A DNA stretch of 64,000 nt from Mycobacterium sp. (GCA_035625875.1 DASPOT010000304.1:1891-65890); one strand, 5' to 3'. Shown: positions 31,011-46,103, counted from the first letter of the stretch. Numbers and translations: made by a program. The notes: generated from the sequence alone by a model not told the origin.

Positions 31011-31403
31011 ATGCCCGCTGTCACGCTGGCCGAGCTGCCGGGCCGGCCATGTCCGATTGCCGCCGCTCTCGAGCTGGTCGGCGAGCGTTGGGCGCTATTG
31101 ATAGTCCGGGAGCTGGCGCTGGGTAATACCCGGTTCCAGGACATCGTCCAGGGCACCGGCGCGCCCAGGGATCGGGTGGCGGCCCGGCTCAAGGCGCTGG
31201 AGGAGGCTGGGGTCATCCGGCGCATCCTGTACCAAGCGACGCCGGCGCGGTTCGACTACCGGCTCACCGATTCGGGCCGGGCACTGTTACCCGTGCTCGA
31301 CGCCCTGTTGACCTGGGGGCTCGACCATGCGGTGCACCCGAGCGACCCCGACCGCAACCGCTACCGCCGGCAAAAAGGCAGACGAACAGTTAGGACGCCA
31401 TGA
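31011..31403 (+). CDS. HxlR-family winged-helix transcriptional regulator
   Basis: CPIAAALELVGERWALLIVREL, RLKALEEAGV, YRLTDSG. Confidence 0.9.
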   Translation: MPAVTLAELPGRPCPIAAALELVGERWALLIVRELALGNTRFQDIVQGTGAPRDRVAARLKALEEAGVIRRILYQATPARFDYRLTDSGRALLPVLDALLTWGLDHAVHPSDPDRNRYRRQKGRRTVRTP

Positions 31404-31936
31404 CCGGGGAACTGACCGACACCTCGTTACAAGCCAGCAACGACTGGGGGCCGCAGCGCTCCCGCACCGTCAGCTGGCACGATCCCGGCCCAGCCGCCGC
31501 GCGGGGCCTGGCGATGGTCGGCATCGACTATCTGCGGGCGATGATCGCCGGTGAGCTGCCCCCACCCCCGATGGCCCAGTTGATGCAATTCACTCTGGTC
31601 TCCGCGGAGCCCGGCCGGGTGGTGTCCACCTGCCGGCCCGACGAGTCGGCGTACAACCCGATCGGCGCCGTCCACGGCGGCCTCATCTGCACCCTGTTGG
31701 ACTCCGTTACGGCCCTGGCGCTACACAGCACGCTGCCGGCCGGTAAGGGCTACACGTCGGTCGAGATCAAGGTGAACTACCTGAAGGCGGTGCGACTCAG
31801 CAGCGGGCTGCTGACCGCGACCGGGACCGTGGTGAAATCGGGATCTCGGGTGGCCTTTACCGAAGGTGTCGTCAGTGACGCCGCGGCCGCGGTGGTCGCA
31901 ACCGCCACCAGCACCCTATTGGTGTTCGACCTGTAG
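31400..31936 (+). CDS. PaaI-family thioesterase
   Basis: NPIGAVHGG..LLDS, EIKVNYLK. Confidence 0.9.
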   Translation: MTGELTDTSLQASNDWGPQRSRTVSWHDPGPAAARGLAMVGIDYLRAMIAGELPPPPMAQLMQFTLVSAEPGRVVSTCRPDESAYNPIGAVHGGLICTLLDSVTALALHSTLPAGKGYTSVEIKVNYLKAVRLSSGLLTATGTVVKSGSRVAFTEGVVSDAAAAVVATATSTLLVFDL

Positions 31937-32024
31937 GGCCGGCGGTCAGTCCGTCGCGTTACCGCGCGGGCCTGACCTTCCACTCCGGGCGCATCGCGTC
32001 GGCGCCGGAGCATGGCTCCGAGAC

Positions 32025-32061
32025 GACGGCGGTGCCGGGCATCATGCCCGGCACCGCCGTC
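32025..32061. terminator. Strong hairpin between the convergent paaI-like and rpfE genes
   Basis: Perfect 18-bp inverted repeat GACGGCGGTGCCGGGCAT-C-ATGCCCGGCACCGCCGTC. Confidence 0.7.
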
Positions 32062-32077
32062 AGGTCGCGGCTGCGGG

Positions 32078-32812
<735 letters not shown>

Positions 32813-32995
32813 TCAATTTTGTTCGCCCGTTACAGGGCTGACACGGACCGTACGAGATCGGGTTGCATTCGTCATCTCGAATGTAGCCGATATCTCGATT
32901 CGATAACGGTATGATCACAGCAGGAGTAGAGATTGTCTCCCCAGGTCAGGCATTCTTTTTTGGCTCACACTAGGCCCGTGTAATAACTGCGTGAT

Positions 32996-33034
32996 AGTGA
33001 GCCAAATCACACAAATATTGTGAGCTGGACCACA
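32996..33034. promoter_or_regulatory. Two CRP-like boxes upstream of rpfE
   Basis: AGTGA-N6-TCACA (32996-33011) and TGTGA-N6-CCACA (33019-33034), each 1 mismatch from TGTGA-N6-TCACA. Confidence 0.55.
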
Positions 33035-33722
33035 CGGTTTGCCAGGCTGGATCTGACTGGTTCGGAGCACTCGCTCGGCGATCGCCGTGGCCGGACACGA
33101 GGTACACCGATGTTGCCGTTAGCTGGATCGTCGTAGACCCCGCGACGGGAGTACCTTTAAGCCGGTAGCAGGCGGCTGCGCAGCGTGCTGCAACTTCCCA
33201 GCGCCACAGTGTGTTTCAATGGTCCCGCCGAATGCCGATGCGGCCGCGGACGATGTGCCGAATGGCAGCCCAGGCGCGGCACAGGCTCGTTTCGCTTGTT
33301 GCCAATGGATTTCGGGGAACAACTGTCATCGATCGACAGCGATCGCTGCCGATTGGTTCGGCGCGGCCGGGTCCGAGGCGGCGCCGTAGCTGTTTTCATG
33401 ATTCATGGCAATTTGCTGGGAATCATCAAATTGTCGACTTTCGCACGGGCGGCACTCCGCCAGGTCATATCCATCAGCTGATCCATCGAACAGCTGAAAC
33501 CTCCACTGGCGCAAGGTGATACGAGCGGCGCCCAAACTTGGATGCTGTGGCCGTCCGGTGCCAAACTCGATCAGCATAGTGGGCTTTTGTCTGGAATAAT
33601 AACGTATTTATTACGGATCCATCGGGTGAATTACTAAATTCCTCGTCCGGAATTTGTAGAAGTATTGCGTGGTCTAACGAAGGCCTTACCAGCCGCCCGC
33701 GACGGACCAGCAACCCTCAGTG

Positions 33723-34340
33723 TCAGGACTGCTGTAGTAAGCGCAGGTCTGCGGCCGAATTGACGTTGGCCAGCGCCCGGGAATCCGACATCACAATCCG
33801 CTGAGTGTCGACCGAGTCGACCAATGCGCGCATCTTGCGTTCACCGGCGGCCACCAGTGCATCGACTCGATCAGCCAAGTCGGTCCGGTACACCGCGGCC
33901 AGATAGTGATCGTGGCCGTCCCACGGCAACACCACGTCAGCGCCGAGCGCTGCTGACCGGCCGGCGAGGTCGTCGATCAAATCGACGGCCAAAAACGGCA
34001 TGTCGACCGCACAGACGAACGCCCACTTGGCGCCGGCCTCCGCAGCCACCCGCAATCCACGCCCCGTCGCGACCAGCGGTCCCAGTCCGCGGACCTCGTC
34101 ACGCACCACCTGCGCCTGCAACGGCGGCAATGGTTGCCCCGGCGCAGCCATCACGAAAACCGGGTGGCACCGCTGGGCGACAACGCCGACTACATGCTCG
34201 ACCATCGTGGTGACGCCGCCGGGGCTCGCGATGTCGTCCGGGATAGGCATCGTCGCTTTATCTCGGCCCATCCGCCGCGATGCACCCCCCGCCAGCACCA
34301 CCCCGGCCACCGAAACCGACTTGGGCGCAGGCGAAGTCAC
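33723..34340 (-). CDS. mobA: Molybdenum cofactor guanylyltransferase
   Basis: [28 protein letters not shown]. Confidence 0.93.
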   Translation of the reverse strand: MTSPAPKSVSVAGVVLAGGASRRMGRDKATMPIPDDIASPGGVTTMVEHVVGVVAQRCHPVFVMAAPGQPLPPLQAQVVRDEVRGLGPLVATGRGLRVAAEAGAKWAFVCAVDMPFLAVDLIDDLAGRSAALGADVVLPWDGHDHYLAAVYRTDLADRVDALVAAGERKMRALVDSVDTQRIVMSDSRALANVNSAADLRLLQQS

Positions 34341-34341
34341 G

Positions 34342-35429
<1,088 letters not shown>

Positions 35430-35433
<4 letters not shown>

Positions 35434-37394
35434 GCGTCAGCCCCTGCTCCAACCGTGGCCACTGCCAATCTGGCGACCATTGTCTTGTCTTGCTCAATGT
35501 CGGCTAGTGTCCCGCCCAGCGCGGCGCGGATAACGCGCCCCACCTCGTCGGCCAGGAACGAGACACCCTGAACCTTGGTCACCGACTGTATATCCACCAG
35601 GTACTTCCCACGCAGCAGCAGCGCCAGTTGGCCCAGGTTCATCTCCGGCGCGACCACCTTCGGGTAGCGGCGCAGCACGTCACCCAGGTTGGCCGGGAAT
35701 GGGTTGAGATGACGCAGGTGGGCGTGCGCGACCTTGATGCCCTTGCGCCGGGCACGCCGGCACGCCTCACCGATCGGACCGTAGGTACTGCCCCACCCGA
35801 TCAGCAGCAGCTCGGCGTCACCGTTCGGGTCGTCAACCTCCAAGTCGGGAACCCGGATCCCGTCGATCTTGGCCCGGCGCAACCGCACCATCAGGTCGTG
35901 GTTGGCCGGCTCGTAGGAGATGTTGCCGGAACCGTTGGCCGCCTCCAGCCCGCCGATGCGGTGTTCCAGACCTGGGGTACCCGGAATCGCGAACTGGCGC
36001 GCGAGCGTTTCCGGATCGCGAGCATACGGCTGGAAGGGCTCGCCGGCCTTGGCGTAGGTGTGCTCGATGGGTTCGATGGTGCTGACATCGGGGATTTGCC
36101 ACGGTTCTGAGCCGTTGGCGATCGCGCCGTCGGACAACAGCACCACCGGGGTGTGATACGAGATCGCGATCCGCACCGCTTCCAATGCGGTCTCATAGCA
36201 GTCACCCGGCGACCGCGGCGCCAGCACCGCGACCGGTGACTCGCCATTCCGACCGAACATCGCCTGCAGCAGGTCGGCCTGCTCGGTCTTGGTGGGCATA
36301 CCCGTGGACGGGCCGGCGCGCTGCACGTCGATGACCAGCAACGGCAGCTCGGCCATCACACCGAGCCCAATGGCTTCCGACTTCAACGAGAGACCCGGGC
36401 CCGATGTGCTGGTAACCCCAAGCGCGCCACCGTATGCGGCCCCCAGCGCCGCGCAGATACCGCCGATCTCGTCTTCCGCCTGGAAGGTGATCACGTTGAA
36501 GTTCTTGTGCTTGGACAGCTCATGAAGGATGTCCGACGCCGGTGTGATCGGGTAACTGCCGAGCACCACCGGGATGCCCGCCAGCTGACCGGCGACGACG
36601 ATGCCGTAGGCCAACGCGGTGTTGCCCGAGATCTGCCGGTATTCACCGGGCGGCAGTTTCGCTGGCGAGACGTCGTATGTGGTGCCGAAAGCCTCGGTGG
36701 TTTCGCCGTAGTTCCAGCCCGCTTTCAGGGCGAGAACGTTGGCCTCCGCGATGTCGGGCTTGCGGGCGAACTTCTCCCTAATGAACCTCTCGTTGGTCTC
36801 GATCGGCCGCCCGTACATCCACGACAGCAGGCCCAGCGCGAACATGTTCTTGGCCCGCTGGCCGTCCTTCTTCGACGCGCCGACTGCCTCGACGGCCCCC
36901 AGCGTCAGCGTGGTCATCGCGACGGCGTGCACGACGTAGTCGGACAGCTCGCCGCTCTCCAACGGGTTGGCCTCATAACCAACTTTGGCCAGGTTGCGGT
37001 TGGTGAATTCGTCAGAGTTCGCGATCACCATTCCGCCACGCGGAAGGTCGCCGATATTGGCCTTCAACGCCGCCGGGTTCATCGCCACGAGCACGTCGGG
37101 CCGGTCGCCCGCGGTGAGGATGTCATAGTCGGCGATTTGAATCTGGAATGACGAGACCCCGGGCAGGGTGCCCGCCGGGGCACGAATCTCGGCCGGAAAG
37201 TTCGGTTGGGTTGCCAGGTCATTGCCGAAAAGCGCTGCTTCCGAAGTGAATCGGTCACCGGTGAGCTGCATACCGTCACCGGAGTCCCCGGCGAAACGGA
37301 TGACGACCTTCTCCAGCTGCTGCCGCTGCGGCGCCCCCGCACCGGAGATATGCGATTCTGACTCTGACTCGGCTCCGTTGCCGTTCGGACCCAC
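35430..37394 (-). CDS. korA: 2-oxoglutarate:ferredoxin oxidoreductase alpha subunit
   Basis: RFAGDSGDG, YPITP, QAEDE, TSGPG, EMNLGQ. Confidence 0.94.
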
Positions 37395-37684
37395 GTCCCC
37401 GCCTTCCGTTGCTGCTCTCCGTATGGTCACTCTGCGTCGCGGCTATGGCTCCTGCGCCGTCGGGAGTGGACCCCGGCCCACATATTCATGTCACTAGCAG
37501 TACCGATTATTGCACTGTTCTTAGAGATTCATCGACGCCGACGCGCATGAACACACCACCGGCATGCCACAACACGCCGAGGTCACGGACCGCGGCACCG
37601 ACGGCGGCGCAGCCAAAGTGTGGTGTTCGTCACGTTCGCTGGCACGGAAAGTCTAAGAAAGATGTGTACGCGCCAGTAACGTCA

Positions 37685-39369
<1,685 letters not shown>

Positions 39370-39648
39370 GGTGCTGAGGGCCTACTTCCTGATCGCCGTT
39401 CGTGGTGGTGTGCCGCCGTGTAGTTCCCGACGCTACCCGCTTGGTCCGGCGCTACGCGACCTATACGGCCGAATCGCGTCGGTGGTATTCATGCCTGTTC
39501 GTCTGAACATATCGCCCGACGAGGCCCGTCGCTCCCCGTTACGCGCCAACTGTGTCCCTGGCGTGTCGCGGCCGTTACGTGACCGAGAGGCCCTCGACCA
39601 GCGGACTGTTCCCAGTGCACAGCCGGGCAATCACCCTAAGGTGGCTCT

Positions 39649-40539
39649 GTGGGATTCGCCGTGCCCGACGATACCGTGTTGATCAGCGACGGTGGCCTGG
39701 CCACCGAGCTTGAGGCCCGCGGCAACGATCTGTCCGACGGGTTATGGTCGGCGAGGCTGCTGGTGGACGCGCCGCACGAGATCGCAGCGGTGCATGCGGC
39801 ATACTTTCGCGCTGGCGCCATGATCGCCACGACCGCCAGCTATCAGGCATCGTTCGAGGGTTTCGCCGCACGAGGGATCGGGCGCCGCGATGCCGTCCGG
39901 CTGCTGCGGCGCAGCGTCGAACTCGCCAAGACCGCTCGAGACGAGGTGGGCACGACTGGCCGATGGGTCGCCGCCTCGGTCGGGCCGTATGGCGCCGCGC
40001 TCGCCGACGGGTCCGAATACCGCGGTCGCTACGGGCTCAGCGTCGCGGCATTGACGGAGTGGCATCGGCCGCGGCTGGAGGTGCTGGCCGATGCCGGCGC
40101 CGACGTGCTCGCCTTGGAAACCGTGCCCGATGTCGACGAAGCCGAAGCGCTGGTGGACTTGGTGCGGTGGCTCGGCGTGCCGGCCTGGCTCAGCTACACC
40201 ATCGACGGGACCCGCACCCGTGCCGGACAACCGCTCGCCGAGGCGTTCGCACTGGTCACCGGTGTGCCGGAGATTGTCGCGGTCGGCGTCAACTGCTGCG
40301 CACCCGACGACGTGCTGCCGGCGATCGGCATGGCGCGAAAGGTCGGCAAGCCGGTGATCGTCTACCCGAACAGCGGCGAGCAGTGGGATCGCTGGCGCCG
40401 CGCCTGGGTCGGTTCATCGCGGTTCTCCGCGCAACTGGCGTCGCAATGGGCTTCGGCCGGCGCGCGCATCATCGGCGGATGCTGCCGGGTGCGGCCCGCT
40501 GACGTCGCCGAACTCGCAACCGCGGTGACGCGCAATTAG
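39649..40539 (+). CDS. mmuM: Homocysteine S-methyltransferase
   Basis: [27 protein letters not shown]. Confidence 0.93.
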   Translation: MGFAVPDDTVLISDGGLATELEARGNDLSDGLWSARLLVDAPHEIAAVHAAYFRAGAMIATTASYQASFEGFAARGIGRRDAVRLLRRSVELAKTARDEVGTTGRWVAASVGPYGAALADGSEYRGRYGLSVAALTEWHRPRLEVLADAGADVLALETVPDVDEAEALVDLVRWLGVPAWLSYTIDGTRTRAGQPLAEAFALVTGVPEIVAVGVNCCAPDDVLPAIGMARKVGKPVIVYPNSGEQWDRWRRAWVGSSRFSAQLASQWASAGARIIGGCCRVRPADVAELATAVTRN

Positions 40540-41171
40540 ACGGCCCGCGCGGAGAGCTTTCGGTACTCCAGCACGGTGTCGATGATCCCGTAGTCCTTGG
40601 CGTCTTCGGCGGTCAGGATCTTGTTCCGATCCGTGTCTTTGCGGATCACCTCGGGCTCCTTACCGGTGTGGCGGGCCAGCGTGGTTTCCATCAGCTCGCG
40701 CATGCGCGCGATCTCGGCGGCCTCGATCTCCAGATCGGAGAACTGCCCTTGGATCACTCCGGCCAACGACGGCTGGTGGATCAGTACACGGGCGTTGGGG
40801 AGCGCCATCCGCTTGCCCGGGGTGCCGGCGGCTAGCAGCACCGCCGCGGCCGACGCGGCCTGACCCAGGACACAGGTAGCGATGTCGGCCCGCACGTATT
40901 GCATGGTGTCGTAGATCGCCATCAGCGAGGTAAATGAGCCGCCCGGCGAGTTGATGTACATGGTGATGTCCCGGTCGGGATCCAACGACTCCAACACCAG
41001 CAGCTGCGCCATGATGTCGTTCGCCGACGCGTCGTCAACCTGGACGCCCAGGAAGATAATGCGTTCCTCGAACAGCTTGTTGTACGGGTTGGACTCTTTG
41101 ACGCCCCAGCTCGAGTGCTCGATGAACGACGGCAAGATGTAGCGCGCCTGGGGCTGGATCTGAGGAGTCAT
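40536..41171 (-). CDS. clpP2: Clp protease proteolytic subunit 2
   Basis: [27 protein letters not shown]. Confidence 0.96.
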   Translation of the reverse strand: MTPQIQPQARYILPSFIEHSSWGVKESNPYNKLFEERIIFLGVQVDDASANDIMAQLLVLESLDPDRDITMYINSPGGSFTSLMAIYDTMQYVRADIATCVLGQAASAAAVLLAAGTPGKRMALPNARVLIHQPSLAGVIQGQFSDLEIEAAEIARMRELMETTLARHTGKEPEVIRKDTDRNKILTAEDAKDYGIIDTVLEYRKLSARAV

Positions 41172-41761
41172 CGGACTGCTCCATTTACGGGGGCGTTGGT
41201 GATGATGTGGTCGACGAAGCCGTATTCCAGGGCTTCTTGGGCGGTGAACCAGCGGTCGCGGTCGGAGTCAGCCATGATCCGCTCGATCGGCTGGCCGGTG
41301 AATTCGGCGTTGAGCCGGAACATCTCCTTTTTGATGACGGCGAACTGCTCGGCCTGAATGGCGATATCCGCAGCGCTGCCCGTCACCCCACCCAATGGCT
41401 GGTGCATCAAAATGCGGGCGTGCGGCAGCGCGTAGCGCTTACCCTTGGTGCCCGCTGCCAGCAGGAATTGGCCCATCGACGCCGCCATCCCCATCGCGTA
41501 GGTGGCGATATCGCACGGCGCCAACACCATGGTGTCGTAGATCGCCATGCCGGCACTGATCGACCCGCCCGGGGAATTGATGTACAGGGAGATATCCCTG
41601 GTGGGGTCTTCGGCGGCCAGCAGCAGAATCTGCGCGCAGAGCCGGTTAGCGATGTCGTCGTTAACCTCGGAGCCCAGGAAGATGATGCGCTCGGAGAGCA
41701 AGCGCTCATAGACCGAGTCGGTGAGGTTGAGGCCCTGCGCGTTCGAACGCATGTCAGTCAC
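41168..41761 (-). CDS. clpP1: Clp protease proteolytic subunit 1
   Basis: [30 protein letters not shown]. Confidence 0.96.
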   Translation of the reverse strand: MTDMRSNAQGLNLTDSVYERLLSERIIFLGSEVNDDIANRLCAQILLLAAEDPTRDISLYINSPGGSISAGMAIYDTMVLAPCDIATYAMGMAASMGQFLLAAGTKGKRYALPHARILMHQPLGGVTGSAADIAIQAEQFAVIKKEMFRLNAEFTGQPIERIMADSDRDRWFTAQEALEYGFVDHIITNAPVNGAVR

Positions 41762-41842
41762 GACGGGATACCTGCTTTCTCGAGTTTCGTATGCACCGAC
41801 ACTAACCAACTGGCGACGGTGCGCACTCCCTGAAGTACGCCC

Positions 41843-41856
41843 GTTCGCTCACAGCG
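41843..41856. promoter_or_regulatory. ClgR-type activator binding site upstream of clpP1P2
   Basis: GTTCGC-N5-GCG, the actinobacterial ClgR motif, in the tig-clpP1 spacer. Confidence 0.7.
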
Positions 41857-43311
41857 TCACGTCGTTGTGTTGTCGGACGACTCCTGCGACGGGCCGGTGA
41901 CCGCTTCGCCGGAGGTCTCGCCACCGGCCTCGTCGCCTGATTTGTCGGCCTCCTCAGCCTCGCCAGCTGGCTCGGCCTCGTCGGCCTCCGGGCGCTTACC
42001 GAAGAACTCGCGGGTGTCGATGGTGTTTCCGTCAGTATCGGTGACCCTGGCCGCCTCGACCACTGTTGCGATGGCCAGTCCGCGCCGCACGTCGGCGAAC
42101 ATGGCCGGCAGCTGGTCGTTCTCCTGCAGATAAGACAACAGCTGTTGCGGCTCGATGCCGTATTGCCGTGACATCAGCACCAGTCGTTCGGTGAGGTCGT
42201 CCTGCCCCACCTGGATGTTCAGTTCATCGGCCACGGCGTCCATCAGCAACTGGGTCTTGACGGTCTTCTCTGCTGCGGCGCGGGCGTCGGCGTCGAACTC
42301 CTCGCGTGAGGAGCCCCGCTTAGCAAGCGCCTCGGCGAATTTGGCTTCGTCGTGGTCAAGGCCGTGCAGGGCACCGTGCACGGCGCTATCGACCTGGGCC
42401 TGCACGATCGCCTCTGGTAGCGGTATATCGACCTGCTCGAGCAGGACGTCGAGCGTGGCGTTGCGGATCTTCTCCGCCTGCTGGATGCGCTTGAAACGAC
42501 CGACCTGGTCGGCCAGGTTGGCCCGCAGCTCGTCGATGGTGTCGAATTCGCTTGCCAGTTGCGCGAATTCGTCGTCTGGCTCGGGCAGTTCGCGTTCCTT
42601 GACCGACCCGACGGTGACTGTGACTTGCGCCTGCTTCCCCGCGTGCGGGCCGGTCGCGAAAGTGGTGGTGAAGACCCGGGACTCCCCGGGTGACAGGCCG
42701 ACGATCGCCTCGTCGAGACCTTCGACGAGGCGGCCCGAGCCCACCTCATGGGACAGTCCCTCAGTCGCGATGTCCGGCACGTCCTCACCGTCGATGGTGG
42801 CGGATAGGTCGATCGAGACGACATCACCGATGGCCGCGGGCCGGTCGACTCCGGTCAGGGTGCCGAACCGGGCGCGCAGCGACTGCAATTCGGCATCGAC
42901 GTCGTCGTCGCTGACTTCGACCGGATCCACCGTGATCCGTAGCGCGTTCAGGTCCGGCAGCGTGAACTTCGGGCGAACATCGACCTCGGCCGTGAAGACA
43001 AGCTCTTGGCCGTACTCCTTCTTCGTCACCTCGATCTCGGGCTGGCCCAGTGGTCGCACGTCTGACTGGGTAACCGCCTGGCCGTACCGGCTGGGCAGTG
43101 CGTCGTTGACGACTTGGTCAAGCATCGCCTCCCGGCCGATGCGCGCCTCGATGAGCCTGGCAGGCGCCTTCCCAGGACGGAAGCCCGGCAGCCGCACCTG
43201 TTTGGCCAGCTCCTTGTAAGCGCGCTCGAAGTCAGGCTCGAGCTCTGTGAAGGGCACCTCCACGTTGATGCGAACCCGGGTGGGGCTCAACTGCTCGACG
43301 GTGCTCTTCAC
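41857..43311 (-). CDS. tig: Trigger factor
   Basis: PGFRPGKAP signature and FKBP-like domain. Confidence 0.97.
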   Translation of the reverse strand: MKSTVEQLSPTRVRINVEVPFTELEPDFERAYKELAKQVRLPGFRPGKAPARLIEARIGREAMLDQVVNDALPSRYGQAVTQSDVRPLGQPEIEVTKKEYGQELVFTAEVDVRPKFTLPDLNALRITVDPVEVSDDDVDAELQSLRARFGTLTGVDRPAAIGDVVSIDLSATIDGEDVPDIATEGLSHEVGSGRLVEGLDEAIVGLSPGESRVFTTTFATGPHAGKQAQVTVTVGSVKERELPEPDDEFAQLASEFDTIDELRANLADQVGRFKRIQQAEKIRNATLDVLLEQVDIPLPEAIVQAQVDSAVHGALHGLDHDEAKFAEALAKRGSSREEFDADARAAAEKTVKTQLLMDAVADELNIQVGQDDLTERLVLMSRQYGIEPQQLLSYLQENDQLPAMFADVRRGLAIATVVEAARVTDTDGNTIDTREFFGKRPEADEAEPAGEAEEADKSGDEAGGETSGEAVTGPSQESSDNTTT

Positions 43312-43368
43312 GGGTGTACTCCTTGGTGTCGTTGCTGACGGTCGGTGGCCACGGGCGCGGCGCTGGGC

Positions 43369-43445
43369 TGGTCGGGGTGACAGGATTTGAACCTGCGGCC
43401 TTCCGCTCCCAAAGCGGATGCGCTACCAAGCTGCGCTACACCCCG
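43369..43445 (-). tRNA. tRNA-Pro (TGG)
   Basis: CGGGGTG acceptor stem, anticodon arm TCCGC-TTTGGGA-GCGGA, GGTTCAAATCC T-loop, encoded CCA. Confidence 0.95.
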
Positions 43446-43569
43446 GCTGACCTCGCGATCCTACGGCCCGACTCCGCCGTCCCGGCAGCGACCTCACGAC
43501 GAGGTCACACAACGGCGTCGTTTGGATTTGATGTCTGCCGCGACGTACAGTCGCGCTCGACTAATACAT

Positions 43570-43640
43570 GCGGGCGTAGCTCAATGGTAGAGCCCTAGTC
43601 TTCCAAACTAGCGACGCGGGTTCGATTCCCGTCGCCCGCT
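43570..43640 (+). tRNA. tRNA-Gly (TCC)
   Basis: GCGGGCG/CGCCCGC acceptor stem, CTAGT-CTTCCAA-ACTAG anticodon arm, GGTTCGATTCC. Confidence 0.95.
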
Positions 43641-43725
43641 CAGGCTGGGGTTCTTCCGACGCGACGGCCGACGAGGCCGAGCGTGACGACGCTAGGGAGG
43701 CCGACAAATCCGACACAGAGGCGCC

Positions 43726-44910
43726 ATGGGCGAAGTCGACATTCAAGGCTCGTGCGCGTCGGCTTTCGAGAGGGTACGCGACGCGTTCGAGCAGAACTTT
43801 GCCCTGCGCAAGGAGGTCGGCGCCGCGGTCGCGGTCTGGGTGGACGGGAATCTCGTCGTCAACCTCTGGGGTGGTTCGGCGGACGCCGCCGGTACCCGGC
43901 CGTGGCGGCAAGACACGCTGGCCACCGTGCTCTCCGGCACCAAAGGACTGACGAGCACCTGCGTGCACCAACTCGCCGAGCGCGGCGAGATTGATTTGCA
44001 TGCGCCGGTGGCCCGCTACTGGCCCGAGTTCGGGCAGGCGGGCAAAAAGGCCATCACCATCGCCATGGTGATCAGCCACCGATCGGGCGTGATCGGTCCG
44101 CAGAAGCCGATGCCATGGCAGCAAATCGCCGATTGGGACCTTGTCTGCGAACGGCTCGCGGCCGCCCAACCGTGGTGGGAGCCGGGCACCGCGCAGGGCT
44201 ACCACATGTTCACCTTCGGTTTCATCCTCGGCGAGGTGTTCCGTCGGGTCACCGGCTGCACGGTTGGTCAGTACCTTCGCACCGAAATCGCCGAGCCGCT
44301 GGGTATCGATGTGCACATCGGTCTGCCCGTCAGCGAACATCACCGGTGCGCCGATCCGGTGAACAAGCCGCGCTTCCGCGAGTTGCTGGCCGCCGCCCAG
44401 GCCCCGGCATGCCCCATCAGGCTGGACGAGCATCCGAAGGCGGGGCTGTCCGTTGGGATGGGCTTTGTTCCCGACGACGAACTTGGCTCCAACGACCGGA
44501 AGTTGTGGCTGCAGCTCGAGTTTCCCGCCAACAACGGGCAGGTGTCGGCGCTGGGAATGGCGACCTTCTACAACGCGCTCGCCCAGGAGAAGCTGCTCAG
44601 CCGCCGCCACATGGAACTGGTGCGGGTGCCGCAGGGCGGCTTCGAGAGCGATCTGGTGCTCGGCCCTCGGGTCGCCGACCACGGCTGGGGGCTGGGCTAC
44701 ATGCTCAACCAGCGCTGTCTGAACGGGCCCAACCCGCGGATCTTCGGCCACGGCGGATTGGGCGGTTCGTTCGCGTTCGTCGACCTGGAACACCGGATCG
44801 GCTACGCGTATGTGATGAACCACTACGACGCCACCAAAGCCAGCGCCGACCCGCGCAGTGTCGCCCTGTCCGACGAGGTTTACGCCGCGCTCGGGGTCAA
44901 GAAGGGCTGA
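43726..44910 (+). CDS. lipP: Beta-lactamase-fold esterase (LipP/Rv2463-like)
   Basis: SGTK (SxxK), WWEPGTAQGYH, FGHGG. Synteny with Rv2463. Confidence 0.85.
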   Translation: MGEVDIQGSCASAFERVRDAFEQNFALRKEVGAAVAVWVDGNLVVNLWGGSADAAGTRPWRQDTLATVLSGTKGLTSTCVHQLAERGEIDLHAPVARYWPEFGQAGKKAITIAMVISHRSGVIGPQKPMPWQQIADWDLVCERLAAAQPWWEPGTAQGYHMFTFGFILGEVFRRVTGCTVGQYLRTEIAEPLGIDVHIGLPVSEHHRCADPVNKPRFRELLAAAQAPACPIRLDEHPKAGLSVGMGFVPDDELGSNDRKLWLQLEFPANNGQVSALGMATFYNALAQEKLLSRRHMELVRVPQGGFESDLVLGPRVADHGWGLGYMLNQRCLNGPNPRIFGHGGLGGSFAFVDLEHRIGYAYVMNHYDATKASADPRSVALSDEVYAALGVKKG

Positions 44911-45107
44911 CCGGACGGCTCACCAAGCGGCTGCCAGCTGATGCTGCGCCTGCCAGTCGGCTGACCTCACAAAACCGCACCTGCCGAATCGACGTCGGCA
45001 GGTGCGGTTATGCACATCTGATCTTGTTAGGCGAACGTTACGAGAGCCTTGTCAGGCCAGTTGGGGCAAAGTGGTCGCAGCGATCGGCCCTAAGACCACT
45101 GAGACGC

Positions 45108-45402
45108 TCACCCAGGAGGCGGAGGTCCCCATCCCGGTCCCGGCGGAGGCGGAGGCGGTGGTCCCCATCCCGGTCCCGGCGGAGGCGGTGGTCCCCATCC
45201 CGGTCCACCCGGTCGCCAGTTGTCGTGGCAGTGCCCCCAGTCCCAGTTATCGCCCCACCCGGGATCCCAGTAGTCACCCGGGCACCATTGCGGGAATGGA
45301 CCGGGCTGGGCTTGAGCGTCAGTTGCGGCACCCAAACCGGCCAACCCTAAGCCCGCGGCGATGACGGCTGCTGCTGCGGTAATACGTGCGATTTTTTTTC
45401 AC
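45108..45402 (-). pseudogene. MTP-pilin-like secreted protein, +1 frameshift in an A8 run after the start codon
   Basis: With A7 it reads MKKIARITAAAAVIAAGLGLAGLGAATDAQAQPGPFPQWCPGDYWDPGWGDNWDWGHCHD..(GPGWGPPPPP)n. Observed A8 gives a 295-nt span (3n+1). Confidence 0.7.
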
Positions 45403-45600
45403 CCCGGCAGGTTACCCGGAGAGCTTCATTTGTGAAACCACGCAGGGCCTGTGGGTTTTTCGACCCGGCGCGTTCCGCCGGCCAACATCGGCGGGTGCCT
45501 GCCGAGCTAGGTTCTGCTCCGACCGTGACGCGCAGGCCTACTAGTAAGCAAAGTGACGGTCGCGGATTCGCCGCGACCGTCGCTTGCGCTGATAGTGGTG

Positions 45601-46011
45601 CTAGTGGCCGTGGTCGTCAGGCCCGCCCGGCCCGTGGTCGCCAGGCCCGCCCGGCCCGTGGTCGCCAGGCCCACCGGGGCCAGGGTGCCAGTCGCCAGGC
45701 CCACCGGGGCCAGGGTGCCAGTCGCCGGGTCCACCGGGGCCAGGGTGCCAGTCGCCAGGTCCGCCGGGGCCGCCCCAGTAATCACGGCCGTGGTCGGGTC
45801 CATCGATGTCGCGGTGGTGATCGTCGTGGCAGTAGCCCCAGTCCCAGTTCCAGCCCCAATCGGGGTCCCAGGGGTCACCCGGGCACCAGTGATAATCCGG
45901 GAAGGACCCGAGTGGTTGGGCCACAGCGTCGGCTGCGGCACCCAAACCAGCCAGTCCCAATCCGGCGGTCGCCATGGCTGTCATTGCGGCAAGCTGAGCG
46001 AACTTTTTCAC
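45601..46011 (-). CDS. MTP (Rv3312A)-like pilin/secreted protein with tandem Gly-Pro repeats
   Basis: Signal peptide, then PDYHWCPGDPWDPDWGWNWDWGYCHDDHHRDIDGPDHGRDY, similar to recalled MTP. Tail GPGGPGDWHP x3 and GPGGPGDH-type x3. Confidence 0.8.
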   Translation of the reverse strand: MKKFAQLAAMTAMATAGLGLAGLGAAADAVAQPLGSFPDYHWCPGDPWDPDWGWNWDWGYCHDDHHRDIDGPDHGRDYWGGPGGPGDWHPGPGGPGDWHPGPGGPGDWHPGPGGPGDHGPGGPGDHGPGGPDDHGH

Positions 46012-46103
46012 GAGGACGTTCGTACCAGACCGTCCTATGAACGAGCTATGAAGGCGGACGACGGCAGAACGCCCGGCCGCCAGCCGGTGCCGAACGGGGG
46101 CTC

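Noticed and set aside
33119-33713. Short ORFs in the AT-richer rpfE-mobA spacer
   Set aside because: No recognisable motifs, atypical codon use and overlapping alternatives. None can be supported.
37619-37634. CRP-like box upstream of korA (TGTGG-N6-TCACG)
   Set aside because: Two mismatches in a single site, so chance cannot be excluded.
43369-43640. tRNA genes as island integration sites
   Set aside because: I found no duplicated tRNA 3' end or integrase, and the flanking genes follow core synteny.
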